64,000 bases of DNA from Clostridia bacterium (GCA_022795075.1 JAAWGB010000001.1:16383-80382); one strand, 5' to 3'. Positions 39,776-52,672 are shown, counted from the stretch's first letter. Program-made: numbers and translations. Notes: generated by a model not told the origin, from the sequence alone.

Positions 39776-41389
39776 TTGGGAATTAGTGTGATATTAATTA
39801 TATGCAATATTTTTGGAACCATTCACCCTTTTGTAATGAAGAAAATTTTAGAAGTGGACATTCAGTCTGATGGTGTACAAATGATTTTAATACAATTAGT
39901 TGCACTCTATGTAGGAATCCATGTAGGTTATGCTTTTCTAAAGAATGTAAGAAATATTCAAATTAATAAACTGATGGCAAAAGTAGTAAGAGATATTCGA
40001 GAAACTTTATTTGATAAAGTATTAACATTCAAAATGAGAACCTTTGAAAAATACAATTCAGCACAACTCTATACAAGACTAACAGATGATATCAACCAAT
40101 TAGGAACCATGTTTATGGGAGCCTTAAATGTAGTCGTCAATAATGTTATCTATTTAATTTTTATGGTTATTATGATGTTTTTTGCTAATATTTCATTAGC
40201 ATGGATAGGATTAGCAACAATTTGCTCCATTGGGTTATCAACTAAAAAATTTACGAAACTATTAGGAAACTATACACAAAAATTCATGAAAAAAAGAGAT
40301 GAAGAAAACAAAAGATTTTCAGAATTTTTTAACAGAAATAAATTAACCTATTTATACCAATTACAAGAAAGAAATATAAAGGAAGTCAATTATTTATTGG
40401 ATAAAGAATTGCAAGCAAGAAAAGGTTATATTTTATTACAAAGTTTTACCTATTGGACCTTAACACTTTTAGAGGCTTTAGGAATTTATGCTGTTCTTTA
40501 TTATGCCCTAAATATCAATGTATCCATATCAATTGGTAGTATTTATTTAATATTATTTTATATCAAAGAATGTAGAGGTCCTTTAAATGAAATATGCAAT
40601 CAATTAGAAGAAATTCAAAATTGTATGGTATCTTACCAAAGAATTGCAGAGGTTTTGAAAGAAAAAAATCCAGAGAACTTAAGTAGTGGAGAAGAAGTAG
40701 AAACCGTAAAAGGAGATATTGAATTTCAAAATGTATGGATGAAATATGAAAAAGAAACCGTTTTAGAAAATGTATCTTTTCTAATAAAAGAAGGATCGAA
40801 AGTAACCATTGCTGGAAGAACAGGAGCAGGAAAATCAACTTTAGTAAATGTTTTAATGAAAATGTATGATATTCAAAGTGGAAAGATATTAATTGGTAAC
40901 AAAGATATTCATAAAATAGCTACCAAAAGTTTAAGAAACAATATTTCTTATATCTCGCAAAATCCTTATATTTTTGCAGATACCCTAAGAAATAACATTC
41001 GATTAGGAAACCAAAATATAACAGATGAGCAAATTATGAATTTAGTCCAAGAAATAGGAGTAAATCCACTACTTGAAAAATTGCCACAAGGATTAGATAC
41101 CACTATTAAAGCTAATGAAATGTCTTATGGAGAATTGCAAATAATTGCTTTTATACGTGCTATTTTGCACCAAGCCAATATTTATATTTTTGATGAGCCA
41201 ACATCTAATATTGACTTAAAAACAGAAAATATGATTCAAAAAATCATTGACCATATTTCCAAAACAAGTACAGTACTAATTATTGCACATAGAAAATCGA
41301 CCATTGCAAGTTCCGATAAAATTATTTATTTAAAAAATGGAAAAGTAGATAGGATAGTTAATAAGGAGAAAAACAGTGAATTATTATGA
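39776..41389 (+). CDS. ABC transporter permease/ATP-binding protein (partner half-transporter). Start is uncertain.
   Basis: GRTGAGKST and the ABC signature. The frame is open upstream to 39722 (KEIVKKHLKTF) with no ATG, so the start is either the tracked TTG or a non-canonical upstream codon. Confidence 0.7.
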   Translation: MGISVILIICNIFGTIHPFVMKKILEVDIQSDGVQMILIQLVALYVGIHVGYAFLKNVRNIQINKLMAKVVRDIRETLFDKVLTFKMRTFEKYNSAQLYTRLTDDINQLGTMFMGALNVVVNNVIYLIFMVIMMFFANISLAWIGLATICSIGLSTKKFTKLLGNYTQKFMKKRDEENKRFSEFFNRNKLTYLYQLQERNIKEVNYLLDKELQARKGYILLQSFTYWTLTLLEALGIYAVLYYALNINVSISIGSIYLILFYIKECRGPLNEICNQLEEIQNCMVSYQRIAEVLKEKNPENLSSGEEVETVKGDIEFQNVWMKYEKETVLENVSFLIKEGSKVTIAGRTGAGKSTLVNVLMKMYDIQSGKILIGNKDIHKIATKSLRNNISYISQNPYIFADTLRNNIRLGNQNITDEQIMNLVQEIGVNPLLEKLPQGLDTTIKANEMSYGELQIIAFIRAILHQANIYIFDEPTSNIDLKTENMIQKIIDHISKTSTVLIIAHRKSTIASSDKIIYLKNGKVDRIVNKEKNSELL

Positions 41390-42207
41390 GAGCCTAAACA
41401 AACTAATTGATACCATAGAAGAAAATTTAGAAACACAAATTGATTATAATGATTTAGCAAAGGTAATAGGAACATCATCTTATACCATGCAAAGGATTTT
41501 TGCTTTTTTGGTAGGTATCACAGTAACGGAATATATTAGAAAAAGAAGATTAAGCAAAGCAGCAGAAGATTTGAAAAGAACCAATCAAAAAATTATTGAT
41601 ATAGCTGTAAAATACCAATATGATTCTCCAGTATCATTTACACGGTGCCTTTAAAAAAATGTATGGACAATCGCCAACTAACTTTAGAAAAAGCAATACG
41701 AAAATAATCTTTTTTCCAAAAATAGAATTTGATTTAGCCATAAAAGGAAAAAGTGAATTAAAATATCGAATAGTAGAAAAAGAAGAACAAATTTTTTATG
41801 GAAAGACAACAGGAATAATAGCCGATACAGATAAAAAAGCTATACAGAATTTGTATCAAACTTTAAAAAAAGATGGAACAATCGATTTTATGGTAAACAA
41901 TAAAAAAGGAAAAGAATGTTATTATGGAATTTATGAACCAATTTATGAAAAAGGTATGTATACGCAAAAAGGCAAATACTATGTTTTAAGTAAAACACCT
42001 CGTGAAGACTTTGTAGAAGTAAAACTTCCAAAAGCTAAATGGGCCTGTTTTAGTGTACCAAATAAAAGACAAAAAAATATTGTAAAAATAGGTAAGCAAA
42101 TTTATAATAACTGGTTACCTGATTCACATTATTATTTAACAGAAGTTTATTTAGAGTGGGAAATCTATTATGAAGATTATTGTGAAATTTGTATAACAGT
42201 GGAATAA
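41376..42207 (+). pseudogene. AraC/Rob-type regulator (HTH_AraC N-terminus plus GyrI-like effector domain), +1 frameshifted at 41641-41645
   Basis: YDSPVSFTR then a frame change, then AFKKMYGQSPTNFR. The sequence reads cacggtg, and removing one base restores the consensus. Confidence 0.65.
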
Positions 42208-42242
42208 AAACTTAATAAAATTGATACCAAAAAAATAAAGTA

Positions 42243-42284
42243 AAAAACTCTTATTAGCGATATAGTCTAATAGGAGTTTTTTAT
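42243..42284 (+). terminator. Rho-independent terminator
   Basis: aaaaactcttattag/ctaataggagtttttt. Confidence 0.6.
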
Positions 42285-42547
42285 AGGATAGGAAAGGTTA
42301 CAATTTACTAAGTTGATTTTTTATAAAAGTTTATATAATTTTTTCTAAAGTAACTCCCAATATCGAACAGTCTGTAATTGCATAACAGACTGTAACTCAT
42401 CGGTCCCCCCGAATGTTACTTTATAAAAAATATATAAACTTTTTGATTAAAATAATAGAACAGTAAATTGTAACTAGGAAAGTTCTCTGAACTTTCTATC
42501 ATATAAAATGTTTCAAAAAATCAGAAATGTTGTAAAAGAAGGAAGAA

Positions 42548-44225
42548 ATGATGAAAGTTTTGAAAGGTAGCAAAAAATATATGATAGTATTAATAATATT
42601 AAGTTGTATCTATTCGTATTTTAGTTTACAAATTGCTGTTTATATTAGTTATGCCATAGATGGCTTACTATTTCATAATAGGAACCAAATTCCTAGTTAC
42701 TTAAGTCAAATAATAAAAGGAGATACCATAAAAGGATTGCTCGTATTAGGTGTAATCATGATAAGTATAAATGCAATCATTGCAATTGTAGGGTATATTA
42801 GACAAAGAGTAACAACCTTATTTTCCTTAAAGATCAGTTCAACAATAAAAAAGAACTTGTATGCTCATATATTAAATTTAAAATATCAAAGTTATCAGTC
42901 TTATAGTAAAGTAGAAATGTTACAAAGAGCTAATGATGATGCACAAGAATATGCCAATTTTTATAAAGTGCAGTTTAATTTAATGTTAGATATTATTTCT
43001 TTAAGTTTTTTTGTTATAACGCAAAGTATCGTTTTTAGTATCTCGATTACTATATATTTAATAATAACTATTACTATTATGATATTATTTGCTTTTTGGT
43101 ATTATCGAAATATGATGCTAGTATTAGAAAAAGTTATTGTTAAAAAGAAGAAAATGTTGGGAGCAATTATAGATAATGTTAATCAATTCAAATTTACTAG
43201 AATTTATAATCGACAAAAAGCAGAAGTACAGAAATATAAAAAATTAAACAAAGATTATACAGAAGAAGACATTAGACTGGTAAAATTAATTTTATTTTAT
43301 GAAATTATTAGTGAACACATTACTTATTTAAAATCTCCAATTATCTATCTATTGGGCGGAATTTCAATTATGAAGGGAACTATGACTATGCGGTACATTA
43401 ACTGCTTTGTTGTTATTTGCCACTAATATACTAAATACTATCTATTCATTTGGAGAAAATTTGGAAGAAATTAATAACTTTTTAATCATAAAACAAAAAA
43501 TCAAAAAACTAATGGATTTGGAAGAAGAAAAAAATGACAATCATTTTTATGATTTAAATGGAGATATAAGATTTCATAATGTTTCGATAGAAATTGCCAA
43601 AAAGAAAATTGTGTCAAACCTAAATTTAATAATTAGAAAAGGTGAAAAAGTAGCGATTTTTGGAGAAAACGGAAGTGGTAAGACAATGCTTGCTAAAGCT
43701 ATTTTGAAGTTAATTCCATTAAATGGTAATATTTACTTAAATTATCACAATAATAAAGAATTAAATCAATCTAACATACATGAGTATATTGATTTTATTC
43801 AAGGAGAAGTTGACTTATTTACAGGAACAATATGGGATAATATCGTGTTGAACCATTTAGCAACAGAAAAGCAATTGATAAAAGTATTAAAAGAAGCGGA
43901 AATTTATGAAGAAATTAAACACTTTGAAGAAGGTTATCAAACAACTGTAGGAGAAAAAGGTGTTAAACTATCTGGCGGACAAAAGCAAAGAATTTTAATT
44001 GCAAGAGCTTTGATGAGAAATAAGCCAATTATGATATTTGATAATGCTTTTTGTAAATTGGACAACCAAACCGCTAATAAGATTTTTGAAACATTAAGAA
44101 CCAAGTATCCTAAAACAACTATGATTTTTATTACTCATAAGCAGGAGATAAAAAACTATGTGGATAATATCTTAGAATTATCGAATAGAGGATTAAAACT
44201 ACCAAAAAAGGAAGGAATAAAATGA
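42548..44225 (+). pseudogene. ABC transporter permease/ATP-binding protein, +1 frameshift at 43391
   Basis: TMD then NBD. ...IMKGTMT[frameshift]GTLTALLLFATNIL. The sequence reads atgcggtac, where atggtac restores the frame. Confidence 0.7.
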
Positions 44226-45873
44226 AAGAAAAACATAAATTAAAACAGTTTCAAATGATGTATCAAGATGTAGGGTATCATAAAAAATTTATAGTTTTGT
44301 TTGTATTAATTATTGTAGCAACTATATTAGAAATTATAACCGTTCCTCCTATTATTAAACAAATACTAGATATAGAAATACCACAAAAAAATGTACAAGG
44401 TTTTATCGTTTTAATAATCATCTACATTTTTATGATATTGGTACAAGGTTATATGGTATTAAGGCATTGTGAAATGAGATGTTTTTTATCAAGAAAAATA
44501 AAAAGAGATTTAAGAAATCGAATTTTTGAAAAATTGCAAAAAGTGAAAGCTAAATTTTTTGATGATCATGAAACAGGAATGATTTTACAATTTTTACAAG
44601 ATGATTCCCAAAATGCTGGACAATTGTTTCCAATTGTTACAACAGAAATGTTTATAATGGGGTTGATTCGATTTTCTATTATTTCGATATTTCTATTATT
44701 TGTTAATTTAAAAATAGCACTTATCATTTTGTCATTATACTTAATAGGATTGCTTATTACTTTATTTTTCAATAGTAAGACAATGAAAAAACTAATAGAA
44801 ATTAGAAAGGTTAATATGGCTGTATATACCACTATCAATGAAGGAATACAAAATTATTTAACCATAAAAACATTAGGAATTATCCATGAGAAGGTTAAAG
44901 ATTTAGAAAGTAAATTAGAAAAATATAATTATGAAAATAGAGAACTAGAAAAAATAATTAGTACCTATCATACAATATTTTCTTTTATTACATCTCTTTC
45001 AACAGTTGTTGTTATTTATTTTGGTGGCATGAATGTTATACAAGGAATGATGACTTATGCACAAATTATGCTAATGATAGATTATTCGGAATATTTGGAA
45101 TTTGAATTTAGTTGGTTTACAAGACATTTAACAGATTTTAATCAATGTTTTTTAGCATATTTAAAAATTTTAGAATTACTAGAAACCGCAGAGGAAGAAG
45201 ACTTAGATAAAGGAAAAGAATTAGTCGATAAAATTACGCATATTGAATTTGATAAAGTATCATTTTCCTATCAATCTACCAAAAAAAATATTGAAAATTT
45301 TTCCTTGCAAGTAACAGAAAATGAAAATGTTGCTTTAATTGGTAAAACAGGAGTACGGAAAAACAACAATTATCAATTTGTTAGAGAGATTATATGAACC
45401 ACAAGAAGGAGAAATTCGTATGAATCAAAAGGATTATAGAGAATATAGTATTGCTTCCATTCGTAAGAAAATTGGCTATATCATGCAAGAGGTGCAAATT
45501 GTACCAAATACGATTATCGATAATATGAAATATGTTAATCAAAAAATAACAAAAGAAGAAATTATGGATATATTTAAAACTTTAAAATTACATGAAAAAA
45601 TTATGTCTTTGCCAAAGGGATATTATACGAATATTTATGAAGATTCAACTATTCTTTCGACAGGAGAAAAGCAGATGATAAGTTTTGCTAGAATTATGGC
45701 CATGTCTCCTGATATTGTTATTTTAGATGAGGTTACTTCTGATTTGAGTTGGGAAAATGAGAAATTAATAAAAAATGCCATGGATTCAGTCATGAAACGG
45801 TAGAATTACTTTTATGATTGCACATAGATTATCTGCTATTGAAAAATGTGACAAAATTATAGAGATAAATTAA
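44222..45873 (+). pseudogene. ABC transporter permease/ATP-binding protein, two +1 frameshifts (45356 and 45788)
   Basis: GKTGV[cgg]KTTIINLLERLY restores the Walker A motif GKTGVGKTT when one C is removed. MK[cgg]... restores ...MKGRITFMIAHRLSAIEKCDKIIEIN* ending at 45873. Confidence 0.7.
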
Positions 45874-45876
45874 ATC

Positions 45877-45905
45877 CCGACACATCTATGTGGTGTGTCG
45901 AGATT
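45877..45905. terminator. GC-rich hairpin between convergent genes (bidirectional terminator candidate)
   Basis: cgacaca...tgtgtcg stem with flanking T/A runs. Confidence 0.45.
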
Positions 45906-45949
45906 TAATTTTCTTCCTCACTTGTTGAAGAACTTGGAGGAGGTATAAT

Positions 45950-46198
45950 TTACTGCTGTTTCATCAGGCCTTTTAACCTTTCTGACATTTCTAAAAGTTC
46001 CCGCTGCTCGTCCTTGCGGGCCATTCCTATTATCTGCTGTTGTGAGATATCGCCCAATGTTATGATATTAAATTTTGGGGGAATGTGTTTTGATTTTCCT
46101 GTGTTAGATGATATAACAATTCCTACCCCACAAAGTTCGCCCCGATTGTTCTGCTCAATAAGCTGGTCAAAAATTTCTCTAAGTTCTTTTTCTTTCAT
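45950..46198 (-). CDS. Hypothetical 82-aa protein
   Basis: ORF on the minus strand with RBS aaggaggttttttt. No recognisable family. Confidence 0.45.
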   Translation of the reverse strand: MKEKELREIFDQLIEQNNRGELCGVGIVISSNTGKSKHIPPKFNIITLGDISQQQIIGMARKDEQRELLEMSERLKGLMKQQ

Positions 46199-46392
46199 AA
46201 AAAAACCTCCTTATACTTGTGAATTTTCTAGCATAACCATATTATAGCAAAATTTACATAAAAAGTCAAATGAAGAAAAACATAACCAAACTCTTGTTTT
46301 TAAAAAAGAAATATAGTATAATAAGAAATGTGAGAAAAAAGTTGCCAAAGCAGACATATCTTTTTGGCACAAATAAAACAGGGGGAAAAAAG

Positions 46393-49228
46393 ATGAATGA
46401 TAAAATTACAATAAAAGGGGCAAAAGAACATAATTTAAAAAATATAAATTTAGAAATACCAAGAGATAAATTAGTTGTCATTACTGGTCTTTCAGGATCA
46501 GGAAAATCAAGTTTAGCATTTGATACTTTATATGCAGAAGGGCAAAGAAGATATGTAGAGAGTTTATCTTCTTATGCTAGGCAATTTCTTGGGTTAATGG
46601 AAAAACCAGATGTAGAAAGAATTGACGGATTATCACCTGCCATTTCCATTGACCAAAAAACAACTTCCAAAAATCCACGTTCAACAGTAGGAACCGTAAC
46701 AGAAATTTATGATTATATCCGTTTACTATATGCAAGAATTGGGGTTGCCTATTGTCCAAACTGTCACAAAAAAATAGAAAAACAAAGTATTGATCAAATT
46801 ATTGACAATATCATGAGTTTAAAAGAAGATACTAAAATACAAGTATTAGCACCAGTAGTAAGAGGACGAAAAGGAGAATTTACCAAACAATTAGAAGGCT
46901 ATCAAAAAGATGGTTTTGTAAGAGTTAGGATAGATGGAGAAATTTACGAATTAGGGGAAGATGAGATTGTTTTAGACCGAAAGAAAAAACATGATGTAGA
47001 ATTAATAGTAGATAGATTAGTCATTAAAAAAGATATGGTAAGCAGATTAACCGAATCAGTTGAAATTGCATTAAAACATGCTGATAAAATGGTTTTAATT
47101 GATATTGTGGGACAAGAACCAGTTTTATATAGTTGTAATTATGCGTGTTCAGAATGTGGCTTTAGCTTTCCAGAATTAACGCCAAGAATGTTTTCTTTTA
47201 ACAATCCATTTGGTGCTTGTCCAACTTGTACAGGGATTGGATATTTAATGAAAATGGATGAAGATTTAATTATTCCTGATAAAAATAAAACCCTATATGA
47301 TGGTGTAAAAGCCTTTGGTTCAAGTACCATGAAAAAAGGCGATACTATGGCAAAGATGTATTTTGAAAGTATTGCTAAATATTATGATGTTACAATTAAA
47401 AACAAAAAAATTAAAGATTTACCAAGATGGTTTATGGAAAAAATCTTATATGGTACAGGAGAAGATGAAATTGATTTTGAATACTCTTCTTATGCAGGAG
47501 TTAGAAAATTTAAAGCACCATTTGAGGGGGTATTACCAACATTAGACAGACGTCACAGTGAAACCAAATCACAAGGAATGCGAGACTTTTATGAAATGTA
47601 TATGAGCAATTCTCCTTGTTATTCTTGTCATGGAGCAAGATTAAAACCAGAGATATTATCCATAAAAATAGGTGACAAAAATATTAATGAACTAACAGAT
47701 ATGTCAATCAATAAAATAAAAGAATACTTAAACAATTTAAGCCTAACGAAAACACAAGTCATGATAGCAGAATTAATCTTAAAAGAAATTGACCAAAGAT
47801 TACAATTTTTAATGGATGTAGGTTTAGAATATTTGACTTTATCAAGAAATGCAGGAAGTTTATCAGGAGGAGAAGCACAAAGAATTCGTTTAGCTACACA
47901 AATTGGATCAGGACTAACAGGAGTATTATACATTTTAGATGAACCAAGTATAGGATTACATCAAAGGGATAATGACAAATTATTAGCAACACTTAAAAAA
48001 TTAAGAGATATAGGAAATACTTTGATAGTAGTAGAACATGATGAAGACACCATGTATGCAGCAGACCAAATAATTGACATTGGACCTGGAGCAGGAACCC
48101 ATGGTGGACAAGTTATGGCACAAGGAACAGCTGAAGAAATTAAGCTAATAGAAGGTTCTGTTACAGGACAATATTTAAGTGGTAGAAAACAAATAGCTGT
48201 ACCGAAAAAAAGAAGAAAATATACCAAAACAAAAGTAATTGAGGTACAAGAAGCAAGTGAAAATAACTTAAAAAATATTAGTGTAAAATTCCCATTAGGT
48301 GTATTTACTTGTGTGACAGGAGTTTCAGGTTCACGGAAAATCTACATTGGTCAATGAAGTATTATATAAAACAGTTGCAAAAGAATTAAATGGATCCAAT
48401 GAAAAACCAGGGAAATGTAAAGGCGTAAAAGGGTTACAAAATATTGATAAAATTATTAATATAGACCAATCTCCAATAGGAAGAACACCACGTTCTAATC
48501 CAGCAACTTATACAGGTGTATTTGATTTAATTAGAGATATTTTTGCAGCAACTGAAGAAGCTAAAATAAGAGGCTATCAAAAAGGTAGATTTAGTTTTAA
48601 TGTAGCAGGTGGAAGATGTGAAAGTTGTAATGGAGATGGTGTGCATAAAATTGAAATGCACTTTTTGCCAGATATCTATGTACCATGTGAAGTTTGTAAA
48701 GGAAAGCGTTATAATCGAGAAACATTAGAGGTAAAATATAAAGGAAAAACCATTGCAGACGTTTTAGATATGACAGTTGAAGAGGCATTAACATTTTTTG
48801 ATAAGATACCAAAAATCAAACAAAAAATACAAACTTTGCATGATGTAGGTCTTAGTTATATAAAACTAGGTCAGCCATCAACAACTTTATCTGGAGGAGA
48901 GGCACAAAGAGTAAAACTAGCTACAGAATTATCCAAAAGAGCAACTGGCAAAACGTTATATATTTTAGATGAACCGACTACAGGTTTACACATTGCCGAT
49001 GTTCACAAATTGGTAGATATTTTACAAAGATTAGTTGATACAGGAAATACCATTATAGTAATTGAACATAATTTAGATTTGATAAAAACATGTGACCATA
49101 TTATTGATTTAGGACCAGAAGGTGGCGACAATGGTGGAGAAATTGTAGCAATTGGTACACCAGAACAAATCTGTACCAATGAAAGAAGTCATACAGGCAA
49201 GTTTTTAAAGAAATATTTAGAAAATTAA
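46393..49228 (+). pseudogene. uvrA: Excinuclease ABC subunit A, +1 frameshift at 48334
   Basis: Start MNDKITIKGAKEHNLKNI with RBS gggggaaaaaag. ...CVTGVSGS[cgg]... restores [17 protein letters not shown] when the C is removed. Confidence 0.85.
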
Positions 49229-49338
49229 AAAACAAAATTTAGGATAAAAATTGATAAAAACTATCCAAATCGTCCATAATAAAGAAAAATGAAGTTGAAA
49301 TTTAACTTTATGTAGTAGTATGGAAGAGGAGGAAAAAC

Positions 49339-50271
49339 ATGTTTAATTTTAGAACAGACTTAGCCTGTGAAAGAAAAGAAATTTATCAAAAAGCTAATCA
49401 ATTAGAAGAAATTGATGGAATTGAAACCCAGAAAGAAGAAATTAATGAAAACCTAAAAGTAGAAAGAGTAAAAATAACCAATGAAAATGGCGAAAAAGCA
49501 ATTGGAAAACCAATTGGAAACTACATTACAATAGATATTAAAAAACTAAAAATAGCACAAGATGAAGAAATACAAAAAGCAGCTGAAATTTTAACAAAAG
49601 AATTAAAAGAAGTTGTAGGAAAACATATTGATACCCAAGGAGAAATCTTAGTAGTGGGCTTAGGAAATATTTATGTAACACCAGATGCCTTAGGACCAAA
49701 AGTTATCAACGAAATAGAAGTAACAAGGCATATTATTAATTATTTGCCACAATATGTAGAAGAAGGAACTAGAATGGTAAGTGCTATATCGCCAGGAGTA
49801 TTAGGAACAACAGGAATTGAAACTGTTGAAATTTTAAAAGGAATTGTAGAAAATACAAAACCAAAACTAGTTATTGTAATTGATGCTTTGGCCTCTCGTA
49901 GCATTGAAAGAATTAGTAGTACAGTTCAGATATCTGATACAGGAATTGTACCAGGTGCAGGGGTAGGAAATAAGAGAAGTGAAATTAGCCAAAGCACTTT
50001 AGGAATACCAGTTGTAGCAATTGGAATTCCAACTGTTGTAGAAACTGCGGTATTGGTTAATGATTGTTTAGATTTATTCATTGAAAAGCTGCAAAATGAA
50101 GCGAAATCAAATGATTATCTCAATCAAATGAAACAAGAAGATAATTATGAGCAGATAAAAGAGGCTTTAGTACCAAAAGATTATAATCTAATTGTAACGC
50201 CAAAAGAAATAGACGATTTAATTGAAAACATGAAAGACATTGTAGCTGGTGGAATTAATGGAGCTATGTAA
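49339..50271 (+). CDS. gpr: Germination protease (spore protease GPR)
   Basis: N-terminus RTDLACE and full-length similarity to GPR. Confidence 0.85.
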   Translation: MFNFRTDLACERKEIYQKANQLEEIDGIETQKEEINENLKVERVKITNENGEKAIGKPIGNYITIDIKKLKIAQDEEIQKAAEILTKELKEVVGKHIDTQGEILVVGLGNIYVTPDALGPKVINEIEVTRHIINYLPQYVEEGTRMVSAISPGVLGTTGIETVEILKGIVENTKPKLVIVIDALASRSIERISSTVQISDTGIVPGAGVGNKRSEISQSTLGIPVVAIGIPTVVETAVLVNDCLDLFIEKLQNEAKSNDYLNQMKQEDNYEQIKEALVPKDYNLIVTPKEIDDLIENMKDIVAGGINGAM

Positions 50272-50397
50272 ATAAAAAAAGTATTGCATGAATCTTGCAA
50301 TACTTTTTTTGTGTGTTATAATAGAAGGGGGAGTAAAATCAAAAAATTCACATTTTACATCATAAAATGTGATTAGCTAAAAAGGAGAAAGAAAAAC

Positions 50398-50838
50398 ATG
50401 CAAAATTCAGTGAAAGAAATTAATGTAGAAACAAGAACATTAGAGCAATTATTAAAAGATTTACGAGAAGAGAAAAAATGGACATATGTTCATATTGTAG
50501 AAGAATTAAATAAATTAGGTTTAGTAGTTGATGAAAAAACAGTGAAAAAATGGGAAGTTGGTTTAGAATATCCCAAAATAGAGGAAATCTATAAATTATC
50601 AGAATTGTATTTTGTACCAAGTGAAAAATTTGTTATGGCTAAAACCAATAGTTATCAAGAAGGCTTGGCAACCATACATGCAACATTTATAAAATGGATT
50701 TGTTATATAACAGGAATTTCTTTAAAAATTGGTTATATTGCTTTTTATGTTATTATTTCAATAGCATTATTAGTAGCACTTTCATTTTTTATTGAAAACT
50801 TAAATAAAGTAGTAGAAATAGGAAAAGAAAATATATGA
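50398..50838 (+). CDS. Hypothetical protein with an HTH-like N-terminal region and a C-terminal TM segment
   Basis: ORF with an RBS. Has a hydrophobic stretch. No recognisable family. Confidence 0.4.
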   Translation: MQNSVKEINVETRTLEQLLKDLREEKKWTYVHIVEELNKLGLVVDEKTVKKWEVGLEYPKIEEIYKLSELYFVPSEKFVMAKTNSYQEGLATIHATFIKWICYITGISLKIGYIAFYVIISIALLVALSFFIENLNKVVEIGKENI

Positions 50839-51002
50839 ATTTTAGAACGATAACAGTTTTCTTATAAAAATTGTCTAAAAATGTTGCAAAAAGGATTTTG
50901 TTAAGATATAATCACAATAGAAAAATAAAAGTGCTGTTAGTTTGAAAAAATTGTAAATATTTATTTTTTTGAACAAAATAAGCCAAAGAAAGGGGAATAT
51001 AA

Positions 51003-51752
51003 ATGGAAGAAAACAAAAAGGAAACAAAACCAGTAGAACCAACAGAAGAAAAGAAAGTAGAAGCAGTAAAAGAGGAAAAAATGGAAGAAAAAAAAGTAGA
51101 TAAAGTAAAAGAAGAACCAAAAAACGAAATAAAAAAGCAAGAACCATCCAAAGCTACTAATAAAAAAGTAGAACCAACTAAAAAGGTGAAAGTAGAAAAC
51201 AGCAAAAAAACTAATAACAATACTATTATAATCGGAGTTGGAGTGCTTATTGTAGTGGCAGTTGCTATTATAATTAGTATGGTATTCATGAAACCTTCTC
51301 CTAAAAAGGCAGTAGAGGATTCATTTAATCAATTAAAAGCAGGAACTTATGCACAAGAAATGTTGGCTGGAATTATGCAAGGGGAAGACAATGTAGAAGC
51401 AGAAGCACAAAAATTATGTTTTGAAAAATTACAATGGAAAGTTTTAAGTGAAAAAGAAGAAGGAGAAACAGCAAAAGTTGAAGTAGAAGTTACCAATAAA
51501 GATTTTCAAACAATCATGTCAAATTATATGCAAAAAGCATTAAAAGCAGCATTTAGTGGAAACACAAACCAAGATGAAATGTCAAATTATCTAATGGAAG
51601 AATTAAGAAATGAAGAAGTTCAAACAGTAACTAATACACATACCTTAACATTACAAAAGCAAGATGGAAAATGGGAAATTACAGATGAAGAAACATTTGT
51701 AAAAGCTGTATTACCAGGTTTGTATGAAGCAATCAGTGCATTTAGTAAATAA
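51003..51752 (+). CDS. Hypothetical membrane-anchored protein (Lys/Glu-rich N-terminus, one TM, globular C-terminal domain)
   Basis: ORF with RBS aaaggggaatat. No recognisable family. Confidence 0.45.
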   Translation: MEENKKETKPVEPTEEKKVEAVKEEKMEEKKVDKVKEEPKNEIKKQEPSKATNKKVEPTKKVKVENSKKTNNNTIIIGVGVLIVVAVAIIISMVFMKPSPKKAVEDSFNQLKAGTYAQEMLAGIMQGEDNVEAEAQKLCFEKLQWKVLSEKEEGETAKVEVEVTNKDFQTIMSNYMQKALKAAFSGNTNQDEMSNYLMEELRNEEVQTVTNTHTLTLQKQDGKWEITDEETFVKAVLPGLYEAISAFSK

Positions 51753-51785
51753 AATGTTTCCAAAATATTGAAAATGTGTTAAAAT

Positions 51786-51845
51786 AAAAACAAAATTCCA
51801 CAAACATACTAAGAATGTTCAGAATGTGGAATTTTTGTTTTTTTA
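51786..51845. terminator. Hairpin terminator shared by convergent genes
   Basis: aaaacaaaattccaca ... tgtggaattttgtttttttt. Confidence 0.5.
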
Positions 51846-52672
51846 TACAATTGACAAATATTGCAATCACTACATAAATTAACTTTATTTTCAAATACTA
51901 ATTGTAAAGTATTAATAAATTCATCCATGTAATCATCAACTAGATGAATATAAATCTTTTTGGGTAGTAAAGTGAGTAATGTATTTAGGATATAATCATT
52001 AGTAGAAAAAGTAATATCACTTAGATATTTAGCTTTAAAAATATCATCATTTACTACTATCAAATTTTTATTCTCATCTAATAAAAACGATTCTGAAGAC
52101 GAAAACACAATATGCACTAATTCACAACCATAATCTTGTGAATTAATATACAATTTTAATAAAGAGATAAATTCCAAATACTCTTTTTCTATAACAAAAT
52201 GATTAACAGCATCTGTAACAATTGTGTCAAGAAAAGAAGAATAACTTTTTAACCTAAAATTAACAAAGCCATTTAATACAATTGACTTATGAACTTGCAA
52301 AAATTGATAAAAAACGTTATATAACATTTTAAACTTTTTATCAAAAAGATTTGAAAAATCATCAGCCATAATATCAAAGCAAGTTGCTAAAATTTTATTT
52401 CTTTCAATTGTATCAAAATAAAAATAATTTTGTAATATCAAGCGTTTTAGCAAATCTTCTTCTAGTTCGTCAATTACTAAAAAAGCTAAAATAGATGAGA
52501 CTTTAGACAAAAAAAGAGAATCGTTGTTACCCCAATAATGAATGATAACATTTTTATAAGCTTTAAATTCGTTTTCAGAAAAACAAATATTTTCTAATTC
52601 TAAGTTTTGAAATTCATTTAGTAGATATTTTATTAAATCAGAATTATTTGTCTTTATACATAGTGATCTCAT
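51809..52672 (-). CDS. Putative sporulation protein YtxC-like
   Basis: Size, composition and motif pattern resemble the YtxC family. Weak call. Confidence 0.4.
   Translation of the reverse strand: MRSLCIKTNNSDLIKYLLNEFQNLELENICFSENEFKAYKNVIIHYWGNNDSLFLSKVSSILAFLVIDELEEDLLKRLILQNYFYFDTIERNKILATCFDIMADDFSNLFDKKFKMLYNVFYQFLQVHKSIVLNGFVNFRLKSYSSFLDTIVTDAVNHFVIEKEYLEFISLLKLYINSQDYGCELVHIVFSSSESFLLDENKNLIVVNDDIFKAKYLSDITFSTNDYILNTLLTLLPKKIYIHLVDDYMDEFINTLQLVFENKVNLCSDCNICQLYKKTKIPHSEHS

Noticed and set aside
39722-39776. Possible additional frameshift at the start of the second ABC half-transporter
   Set aside because: The frame is simply open upstream without an ATG. There is no interrupted homologous segment and no NCGG site. 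It is more likely a non-canonical or mis-called start than a frameshift.
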